Below, in pieces: positions 40,298 to 48,555 of a stretch of 64,000 nucleotides of DNA. The DNA lies in NCBI GenBank assembly GCA_965233585.1, contig CBDDTI010000747.1, positions 320,001 through 384,000 of the forward strand, written 5' to 3'. Under the pieces are notes generated by a model. The model saw only the letters and a program-made list of their open reading frames with translations. It was not told the DNA's origin and did no database searches. A program made the position numbers and the translations under genes. The stretch is from a bacterium. Lineage in GTDB: Bacteria > SAR324 > NAC60-12. Numbering within the stretch: the first letter of the stretch is position 1; each line of letters begins with the position of its first letter.

Positions 40298-41254
40298 ATG
40301 AACAAAATTGTTTTTTTAGACCGCAACACGATTGGTCTTTCTGCTAAATTGAATACTCCACATGCACCGCATGAATGGACAACTTATGACAATACTGACC
40401 CAGAACAAGTTGCAGAAAGACTGCAAAATGCAGACATTGCCATCACAAACAAAGTGCCATTAAGAACAGAAACCTTAGCACAACTTCCCCAACTGAAAAT
40501 GATTGCCGTTGCTGCAACAGGTTATGACAATGTGGACATTGAAACCTGTGCCAAACAGGGCATTGTTGTTTCCAATGTACGAGGCTATGCCTTGCATACC
40601 GTGCCAGAACAGACCTTTGCTTTCATTTTTGCGTTAAGAAGACGTTTGATTCACTACCGCCAAGATGTTCTCAATGGAGAATGGCAGAAGTCTGGGCAGG
40701 TGTCTTTTTTTCAACACCCCATTCAAGACTTACACGGACAACGTTTAGGAATTATTGGCGAGGGTGTCATTGGGCAAGAAGTGGCACGTATTGGACAGGC
40801 TTTGGGCATGAAGACCATGTTTGCCTCTCATAAAGGAGTGAAAGGATTGGGACCACTCTACACAGATTGGCAGGAGGTTTTAGAAACCAGTGATGTCATT
40901 ACGATTCATTCACCATTGATGCCTGCAACTAGAAACATGATTGCAGCTGCCGAGTTTCAGATGATGAAAAAACAGCCGTTGCTCATCAATACAGCACGTG
41001 GCGGATTGGTTGATGAAGTGGCACTAATTGAGGCGTTTAAACAAGGTTTAGTTTCAGGAATTGGCTTTGATGTGTTGGCAACAGAACCCCCGCAAAATGA
41101 TAATCCTTTGCTGAGCATTGCAGACCACCCTGACGTCATCATCACTTCTCACGTCGCTTGGGCATCTGACGAAGCCATGCAAACTTTGTGGGACCAAGTG
41201 ATTGAACACATTGACAACTTCATCAAAGGCACACCAAGCAATCAAGTGTTTTAG
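40298..41254 (+). CDS. D-2-hydroxyacid dehydrogenase (glycerate dehydrogenase/HprA-like)
   Basis: ATGYDNVD, GEGVIG, INTARGGLVDE, GFDV..EPP, HVAWAS. Confidence 0.9.
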   Translation: MNKIVFLDRNTIGLSAKLNTPHAPHEWTTYDNTDPEQVAERLQNADIAITNKVPLRTETLAQLPQLKMIAVAATGYDNVDIETCAKQGIVVSNVRGYALHTVPEQTFAFIFALRRRLIHYRQDVLNGEWQKSGQVSFFQHPIQDLHGQRLGIIGEGVIGQEVARIGQALGMKTMFASHKGVKGLGPLYTDWQEVLETSDVITIHSPLMPATRNMIAAAEFQMMKKQPLLINTARGGLVDEVALIEAFKQGLVSGIGFDVLATEPPQNDNPLLSIADHPDVIITSHVAWASDEAMQTLWDQVIEHIDNFIKGTPSNQVF

Positions 41255-41435
41255 CTTTTTTAATGAACAACCTGCTTATTCAATCAAACAACCTCGCTTG
41301 GGCATCTGACGAAGCCATGCAAACTTTGTGGGACCAAGTGATTGAACACATTGACAACTTCATCAAAGGCACACCAAGCAATCAAGTGTTTTAGCTTTTT
41401 TAATGAACAACCTGCTTATTCAATCAAACAACCTC
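41154..41435. repeat. Exact 140-bp tandem duplication
   Basis: 41154-41293 equals 41294-41433; TC microhomology at the junctions. Confidence 0.95.
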
Positions 41436-42446
41436 AAAGGATTGCAATACCTTCTGAATGAAAAGAATCTTCAAAATCAAATAGACCTTGCTTATATTGA
41501 CCCGCCTTATGCAACAGGTTCAAACTTCACAGTGTCAGATACAAGAGCCTCAACGATTAGCAGTTCCAAGACTGGGAAGTTGGCTTATTCAGACAAAATT
41601 GTTGGGATAGATTTTTTAAACTTTCTCAAAGAACGGCTTCTTTTGTTAAAAGAATTATTGTCTGAACAAGGCTCTATTTATCTACACATTGATTACAAAA
41701 TAGGGCATTATGTCAAAGTCCTCATGGACGAAGTGTTTGGCGTCAAAAATTTTAGAAATGACATCACAAGAATCAAATGTAATCCCAAAAACTTTCAAAG
41801 AATTGGCTACGGCAACGTCAAAGATTTGATCTTGTTTTATTCCAAGTCAAGCAAACCCATCTGGAATGAACCCAAAGAACAATACACTGAACAAGACTTC
41901 AAAAAACTCTTTCCTAAAAAAGACAAACAAGGCAGAAGATACACCACCGTGCCAATTCATGCACCGGGAGAGACCCAAAGCGGAAAATCCAGCCAGCCTT
42001 TTCATGGAAGGCTTCCACCAGAAGGCAGGCATTGGAGAACAGATGTAGAAACTTTGGAACAATGGGACAAGGCTGGATTGATTGAGTGGTCAAAGTCTGG
42101 AAATCCTAGAAAAATCATCTTTGCAGATGAGAAAGAGGGCAAACGTGTTCAAGATATTTGGGAGTTTAAAGACCCCCAATATCCGACATATCCCACTGAA
42201 AAAAATGCAGATTTACTAGATTTGATCATTGGCACTTCTTCTAATGAAGAAAGTCTTGTCTTAGACTGCTTTTGTGGCTCTGGAACAACCCTAAAATCTG
42301 CACAATTACACAACAGAAAATGGATAGGCATTGACCAATCTGAACAAGCCATTCAAACCACCATTTCTAAATTACAAACAATTCAAGAAAATCTTCTGAC
42401 TCCTCAAGTTCTCTACGATTTTGTTGACCTTAAGCATCTTAAATGA
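41403..42446 (+). CDS. Orphan beta-class adenine DNA methyltransferase (short Mod-like)
   Basis: YIDPPY near the N-terminus, YPTEK, LDCFCGSGTT near the C-terminus; no adjacent endonuclease recognised. Confidence 0.9.
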   Translation: MNNLLIQSNNLKGLQYLLNEKNLQNQIDLAYIDPPYATGSNFTVSDTRASTISSSKTGKLAYSDKIVGIDFLNFLKERLLLLKELLSEQGSIYLHIDYKIGHYVKVLMDEVFGVKNFRNDITRIKCNPKNFQRIGYGNVKDLILFYSKSSKPIWNEPKEQYTEQDFKKLFPKKDKQGRRYTTVPIHAPGETQSGKSSQPFHGRLPPEGRHWRTDVETLEQWDKAGLIEWSKSGNPRKIIFADEKEGKRVQDIWEFKDPQYPTYPTEKNADLLDLIIGTSSNEESLVLDCFCGSGTTLKSAQLHNRKWIGIDQSEQAIQTTISKLQTIQENLLTPQVLYDFVDLKHLK

Positions 42447-45400
42447 TGGGCTTGACTGACCAAATAGATTCCTTTCCTCTAAAGACTCAAATGCAACTTC
42501 ACATCTCCAATCATTTAGAACCACTGGCAGAAAAATTAGCAGACTCTGTTCACTCTCTCCAAAAACAAGACTGGTCTGCGTCTCTCACAATTTTGACCCC
42601 TAACTTTAATCTGGACAAATGGATTTCATTGACACTTGCCAAGCAGAACCAAATTGCAATCAACCTGCAATTCATGCCCATTGAAAAATTTTTACAGCAA
42701 CAAACTGATGACCCACAAACTCCTATTTGGACTCTTGAAAAGCTACAACTGGCTTTGATTTTTGAGCTGGAACAGATTCTTGAGCTGGAACAAGTCCAGT
42801 CTTCTGACCCTTCAGTCTTTCAGCCTCTTCAAAACTATTTCTCCTCAGTACCAAACATTCCTGAACTCCAATCTGCCAAAGCAAGCCGTGTGACGACACT
42901 GGCTTTACATCTTGCCAAAGTCTTTCAAGGGTATTCCATTTTTAGAGACACTGACATTTTGCAAAAATGGGAAAAAGGAGAGTCTTTTTTGACAGATTTA
43001 AAAGAGTCAGCAAGCCGTTTTCAACAAGACACTGAACAATGGCAAAGCAAACTTTGGGAAGGATTGCTACAACATGGAATCAGCTTGCCTCGTCATCTCA
43101 GTCAAAGCCAATACAACAAACCTGAAGGTCATGTGTTTGTCTTTGGGTTTTCTTATCTGCCCCCTTTTCAGTATCAAGCATTGAAAAAACTTGCTGACAC
43201 AGGTTGTCAAATTCAATTTTACGCACTTTCTCCTTGTCAAGAATTTTGGCAAGATTTGCCAACGGGGAGAAAAGTGCCTCAATTTTCTGTGAACCAACAA
43301 GAAGAATCGTTGCTCAATTCATTTTTGCAATACTGGGGAAGACCTGCACAGGAACATCTCAATCAGTTGCTAAAACAAACAGATTATGACTTTACTGATT
43401 GCTTCCAAAGTGAAGAATCTAAAAAAACCTTTTTATCCCACATTCAAAAGCAGTTGTTTCATTTGCAAGAAAAGCCGTATCAAGGCGACTTAGAACATGA
43501 CCAAAGTCTGAATTTTTGGGCGGCATCTAGCATTCAGCACGAGGCAGAGGCAGTTGTCGGGGAAATCTGTCATCGCTTGGCAACAGACCAGACGTTAAGG
43601 ATTGACCAAATCGCCATCATCACTCCCAACCTTGCTGACTACCAAAGAACTCTTGAAGACACCTTTGCAAAGATAGGCAAAGAAGCATTGACATACAACT
43701 TGATTGATGCGGTATCAGAGCAAGCCTGTCAACTTGTGAAAGGTGTCTTGCTTTTGTTAGATTTAGCAAACAGCCCAAAGACTCGCAAGACTGTTTGGAG
43801 GCTCGTCTCTCATTCTCATTTCATGGCACGTTTTCAAATTTCTCAAACTCTCCTTAAACAATGGGAAGGCTGGTTGATTAACGCAGGCATTTTTGACGAT
43901 TCTGCTGATGACAACATCGCACCATTTGGCTGGGAACATGCTTTTAGAAGAATGGAACTAGGTGCCTGTTTTGAAGAATTTTCAGCAAACCAAGATTTTG
44001 TGATTGGCGACAACAACTATCCTCCTCTTGCCATGATGGACTCCCACGTCCCAGAAGTTTTACAAATGGTCTCTATTTTACGAGAGCTTTTTGAAAAACT
44101 GGCAACCCTTCAACAGCGTAAAAAGATCACGGACTGGGCAGACTTCTTTGCCAAGCTAGTTGAGCGGTTTCTCGCTCCACTCAATCCACCCAATCAGTAT
44201 GAAGAAAATATGTTCCTTTTAGTTGTTCAAAAATTAAGAAGTTTGGAAGACCTTGAAGACATAGGACAAGGCAGAGAACTTGATGGCGTGTATGCCCTCC
44301 AAATGGCACGATTACGAATACAAAAAATCACAACAGAAAAAGGATATTATCTGGCAGGTGGGGTTAGTATTTCTTCCTTCCAACCAATGCGTCCCATTCC
44401 TTTTAGAATAATCTTTATGATGGGACTCAGCGAAGACGCTTACCCCAGACAACAAGAAGTCAATCAGCTAGATTTAGCAAGTCTGCTGCCACCCCAATCG
44501 TGCGACTTCACCAATCGTGAAAAAGACTCCTATGCTTTCCTAGAAACCCTCACCTGTGCAAGAGATGCCGTGTATGCAAGCTACGTCAACCAAAACAACA
44601 AAGGAGAAGAAGCCTTGCCCTCGCCTCTTTTGCAATCAATGGTCAGGATTCTCAACGAATCTTATTTGCAACCGAACAATCAGATGAGTATCAAGGAACT
44701 CCCTGATTACACGTCTCAAGACACCCCTGAATTTGCAAAATACTCTCAAGAATGGATTGAACTCACCAACATTTGGCAAACCAGACAAGCACTAAAAGAA
44801 GAGCTAAAAAACCAAGGAACAAACATTGAGCAAATCCCTTTAGACCAACTGCAACAATGGAAGGAACAACAATGGAAAGACCAACTCAAACAACCACAAC
44901 CAAGTGAAGACTCCCAAAAACTTTCCCCTTCTGACAACGGTGCTGAAGACTCTCAAAATCCTACCAAACGGCATAGCCCCTCCGTCATGTCATACACTCT
45001 CAAAAACTTTTTGGACAACCCCGCTCAGGCAACTTTCCAATTTTATACAAGGAAAACCGCCAACGACGCCATTTACCATGAAATCCCTATTTGGAATGTG
45101 GAAGCAGATTTGAAGTATGAAACACTGGCAAACCTCTGGCATCTCATCATTGAAAACCCTGCGACCTGCTTGCAAACACACATCAAAGACTATCAAAAAT
45201 ATCTCAAAGACCGTTCACTTTGGAATGACCATTTACTTGGAACTTTGAGCTTTCAATGGATTCAAAACACATTAGAACACTGGCAAAAAGTGATTGAAGG
45301 CAAAGCAGGCAAAAAACAAAGCCATGCCATTTATAAAGATTGGAAAGACTTTGCCAACGATGTTTGTTTTTGGCAGATAGGGGATAGCCCGCCAAACATG

Positions 45401-46036
45401 GGCAAAGGCACTAAAAGCAAGGTACTTCCGCCTTTAATCATTCAACAAGTCCAAGTGGGTGATGACAAAATAGATGTTGAAATTAAAGGAGACATCGGTT
45501 GGGTCAGTCCAAATGCCATTTTTTCCTTTCAAGCAAGCAAAACTAATATGTTCACCAGCATCAAGGAATGTTTGCTCCCAGCCGTTTTGATTGCCGCCTG
45601 TGAGTCTCAAGACTGCCACGACTTCAAAAATACTTTACAAAATGCCTATGTGATAGGGGAAGAAACAAAACCAAGACGCACCACATTTAACATGCCCTCT
45701 ACTGATGACGCCAGACAATTTTTACAAAGCATGTTAGAAAACTTATTGAACCAAAACGACATTCAATACTATCCCCTATCAGCAGTGGATAAATTTAGAG
45801 CAAAGTCTTTAAAAGACTGGTGGGGAACATTTCAAGAAAAAGGCAAAGCAGAAGCAGACAAAGAAGCATTTCACCAAAAAGTCTTAACAGAACTTGACAA
45901 AACACCTGACAATCCAAATACTGACTTCATTTCTAACTTGGAAAAACAAGCTGTACATGAGTTTTTCCCACAACCAGAAAATACATATCAAGCTCTTGAC
46001 AATCGCCTCTCTTTCCTCATGACGTTACTCACATAA
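42443..46036 (+). CDS. recC: RecC-like (exonuclease V gamma) protein; start possibly 42491
   Basis: ISNHLEPLA, VFVFGFSYLP, SPCQEFWQD, LQYWGR, EAEAV, PMRPIPFRIIFMMGL, FLETLTCARD; C-terminal third divergent. Confidence 0.8.
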   Translation: MMGLTDQIDSFPLKTQMQLHISNHLEPLAEKLADSVHSLQKQDWSASLTILTPNFNLDKWISLTLAKQNQIAINLQFMPIEKFLQQQTDDPQTPIWTLEKLQLALIFELEQILELEQVQSSDPSVFQPLQNYFSSVPNIPELQSAKASRVTTLALHLAKVFQGYSIFRDTDILQKWEKGESFLTDLKESASRFQQDTEQWQSKLWEGLLQHGISLPRHLSQSQYNKPEGHVFVFGFSYLPPFQYQALKKLADTGCQIQFYALSPCQEFWQDLPTGRKVPQFSVNQQEESLLNSFLQYWGRPAQEHLNQLLKQTDYDFTDCFQSEESKKTFLSHIQKQLFHLQEKPYQGDLEHDQSLNFWAASSIQHEAEAVVGEICHRLATDQTLRIDQIAIITPNLADYQRTLEDTFAKIGKEALTYNLIDAVSEQACQLVKGVLLLLDLANSPKTRKTVWRLVSHSHFMARFQISQTLLKQWEGWLINAGIFDDSADDNIAPFGWEHAFRRMELGACFEEFSANQDFVIGDNNYPPLAMMDSHVPEVLQMVSILRELFEKLATLQQRKKITDWADFFAKLVERFLAPLNPPNQYEENMFLLVVQKLRSLEDLEDIGQGRELDGVYALQMARLRIQKITTEKGYYLAGGVSISSFQPMRPIPFRIIFMMGLSEDAYPRQQEVNQLDLASLLPPQSCDFTNREKDSYAFLETLTCARDAVYASYVNQNNKGEEALPSPLLQSMVRILNESYLQPNNQMSIKELPDYTSQDTPEFAKYSQEWIELTNIWQTRQALKEELKNQGTNIEQIPLDQLQQWKEQQWKDQLKQPQPSEDSQKLSPSDNGAEDSQNPTKRHSPSVMSYTLKNFLDNPAQATFQFYTRKTANDAIYHEIPIWNVEADLKYETLANLWHLIIENPATCLQTHIKDYQKYLKDRSLWNDHLLGTLSFQWIQNTLEHWQKVIEGKAGKKQSHAIYKDWKDFANDVCFWQIGDSPPNMGKGTKSKVLPPLIIQQVQVGDDKIDVEIKGDIGWVSPNAIFSFQASKTNMFTSIKECLLPAVLIAACESQDCHDFKNTLQNAYVIGEETKPRRTTFNMPSTDDARQFLQSMLENLLNQNDIQYYPLSAVDKFRAKSLKDWWGTFQEKGKAEADKEAFHQKVLTELDKTPDNPNTDFISNLEKQAVHEFFPQPENTYQALDNRLSFLMTLLT

Positions 46037-46075
46037 CTTTTTCAAAAAAAGCAAAAGCCTCAGTCAAGCAATCGT

Positions 46076-46092
46076 CTGGCATGGTTTTTGAT
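46076..46092 (+). promoter_or_regulatory. Sigma-54-like promoter (-12 GA variant)
   Basis: CTGGCATGGTTTTTGAT is GG-N10-GA, ~40 bp upstream of ATG 46133. Confidence 0.5.
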
Positions 46093-46132
46093 TCAAGGTC
46101 AAAATCAATCGTTGACCTTTACAGAATGAATT

Positions 46133-47323
46133 ATGTCAGAGAACACACCACAAAATGCCTATCAAGATTTATATTGGGGAGTCTTGAATGACTGCATTTT
46201 GCGTCTGGGAGAAGTAGAGCTTGCCCGTCAGCTGCTGGGATTGGAAAAACAAGAAGACATTCTTACAGGCTGGGAGGTCATTCGTTCATGGCATCAAGCA
46301 GGCATACCAGAACACTATTTTGAACTGATTAAAAAAATTTGCCATGTCCACCTTAAAGAAGCGGTTGAGCATCACATTGAACTAGAAGAACCTGAAAAAC
46401 AACTACTTGACCTCCTTTCCAATGTAGAATCCAACTTTTTTTTAGAACCTCAAACTGTCTTCTTGATTTGCGTCACTTTGTTGGGAGAAAAAAACCTTGC
46501 CTATTGGTCTTTGATTGAACAGACCACCTTGAGAAAGTGGCGGATTTTTGGCGTCCCAGAAGAAAGCAGAGACCAAATTTTAGGATTTGAAGATATGGTC
46601 GTAGGAGGCTTTGAAAAAGAATCAGAACAAGACCAACACCCCAAACTTGACGAGGTGAAAAAAGAGGTGCATCCAGAATTAGAGATGTATCGCCAAGCCT
46701 ATCAAGACTTTTATCAAGAACTCTCGCAAAACGACTTACTTGCCATTTATAATGCCGAACAAACCATTGCCTCCAATCAAATCGCCATGGGGCAACAAAT
46801 TTATCGTGTCAGAATTATCTTGAACATCTACGGACAACGTAAATTTCTGGAATGGCTCAAAATGATTTGTTGCAAAATTTGTCACATCTCATGGCGAAAA
46901 GCCTATGACCTCATGTACGCCTATGAAGCAAGGTATTTTGTTGAAAAATCACGACCTGATTTGTTGCCCATTTTTGACTACCAGCTCAGACACTTCCAAA
47001 CAGAAGCCAGACGTTCCAAAGATGATTTGATTCCCGCTTTAGAAGAAGCCAAAGAAGCGAACAAACGGTACACGCTTGATGAAGTTAAAGCATTGTTTAC
47101 CACAGAACAAGAAACCCACCAAACCGAAGAAACTGACGAAGAAAAGCAAGAAAAACAAATCATCGGTGAACTCAAAATGCCTGTGAGAAGACTCCTTGAC
47201 GAACCTTTGATTCGTAGCATCTCTTCTTACATTCATCAAAATCCTCAATTTACTGTACAAGTTATCCTCTCCACAGCACTACAAGACTGGTTTTCTCAAA
47301 ATCACGCTACAAAACTGACTTAA
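46133..47323 (+). CDS. Hypothetical DNA-binding protein (two Cro-like HTH motifs, a DUF3102-like segment and a C-terminal RHH-like motif)
   Basis: 396-aa ORF; domain calls by eye only. Confidence 0.6.
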   Translation: MSENTPQNAYQDLYWGVLNDCILRLGEVELARQLLGLEKQEDILTGWEVIRSWHQAGIPEHYFELIKKICHVHLKEAVEHHIELEEPEKQLLDLLSNVESNFFLEPQTVFLICVTLLGEKNLAYWSLIEQTTLRKWRIFGVPEESRDQILGFEDMVVGGFEKESEQDQHPKLDEVKKEVHPELEMYRQAYQDFYQELSQNDLLAIYNAEQTIASNQIAMGQQIYRVRIILNIYGQRKFLEWLKMICCKICHISWRKAYDLMYAYEARYFVEKSRPDLLPIFDYQLRHFQTEARRSKDDLIPALEEAKEANKRYTLDEVKALFTTEQETHQTEETDEEKQEKQIIGELKMPVRRLLDEPLIRSISSYIHQNPQFTVQVILSTALQDWFSQNHATKLT

Positions 47324-47364
47324 GTCTTCAGTCACCTGCGTGCGTGTTTAAATCATTCTGATTC

Positions 47365-47865
47365 TTGACCCGCAATCTCACTTTTTTCCTAAACTAACCC
47401 GTCATTGCGGGACCTGACCCGCAATCTCATTTTTCCTAATTTCTTCATTTTTCCAAACGACTCTTGTTTTTTGAGATTCCTCATCAAGCACGGAATGACA
47501 GTTTGCTCTTTTTTTCATTACTCTGTCATTGCGGGCTTGACCCGCAATCTCTCTTGTTTTTTGAGATTCCGCATCAAGTGCGGAATGACGGGAGGTTGTA
47601 GGCTTGTTCCGCAATCTCTACACGACCGTCATTGTGGGCTTGACCCGCAATCTCTTTTTTTCATTGTGTTGACATTCTTTTTTGAGATTCTGAATCAAGT
47701 TCAGAATGACTAAGAGAGGCATAGAATGACGGGAGTGTTGAGATTCCGCACACGTCTCTTTGTCACTCTTGCGTCAGCAGGAATCCATACCTTGATTGAC
47801 GATAGATTCCGTGTCAAGCACGGAATGACAGCTTTTGTCATGGTTCACCTTGACCCTGTCATCTC
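47365..47865. repeat. Large cluster of REP-like palindromes (BIME-like, mostly alternating orientation)
   Basis: Repeated GTCATTGCGGGCTTGACCCGCAATCTC and GAGATTCCGCATCAAGTGCGGAATGAC variants. Confidence 0.9.
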
Positions 47866-48129
47866 ATTCTTTCCCTCTTGTTTTCAAACTTTTTTCAACT
47901 TTTTTCAAACTTTTTTGATTTTGTTGCAAGTCTTTGATTTTCCAGTCTCATAGACTTGTCAATTTGCTGAATTTGCCACGTTTTTTCACAAAAAATGATC
48001 GCTTTCTCTGAGTTGGGACTTGTTTTTTTTTTTTGTACGTGCATAATCTCTTCTGCTTGTTTGACTGTAATCTCATCTTGTTACAAAGATACCCTTTTTA
48101 TGAAACAACTCTTGGTTAGTCTGCTAGCT

Positions 48130-48428
48130 TGAGATTTTGCTGCTTGATGCAGAATCTCAAAACTCGCAATGAGATTGCGGATCAAGTCCGCAATGACGGC
48201 TGTGTGGAGATTGCGGGTCAGATCCTCAATGACACTTTTCAAGCCCGCAATGACGGTTTTGTGGAGATTGCGGATCAAGTCCGCAATGACGGCTGTGTGG
48301 AGATTGCGGGTCAGGTCCCGCAATGACGGTTTTGTGGAGATTGCGTGTCAGGCACGGAATGACGGGGAACGTCAGATGGCGTGTCAGGCACGGAATGACC
48401 AAAATCCACGCCCGCAATGACGGCTGTC
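48130..48428. repeat. Head-to-tail array of ~36-37-bp REP units
   Basis: GAGATTGCGG(A/G)TCA..CCGCAATGACGG(C/T)T(G/T)TGTG repeated about 7 times, with recurring linkers. Confidence 0.9.
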
Positions 48429-48555
48429 ATCAGGTCTTTGTTGTGATTTTTGAGTGTTGCAGTGTGAAACAAGCAAATGTTGTATGAGTCCCGTCCCGTG
48501 AGTCGCATCTCACATGAGGGGGCTTTTCTTTAAACCTCTATCCAAAGGATAATTT

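Noticed and set aside
48170..48428. CRISPR-like array of 36-37-bp units
   Set aside because: Linkers are only ~9 bp and recur, the units match the dispersed REP family, and no cas genes are present.
47402..48508. Short ORFs such as RHCGLDPQS / IAGQARND / RFRIKCGMT
   Set aside because: These are translations of REP palindromes; the same applies to the ORFs at 5582, 52187-52747 and 54149-54639.
48488..48525. Hairpin in the lipoprotein leader as a possible riboswitch
   Set aside because: No recognisable aptamer consensus; an Rfam/Infernal scan would be needed.
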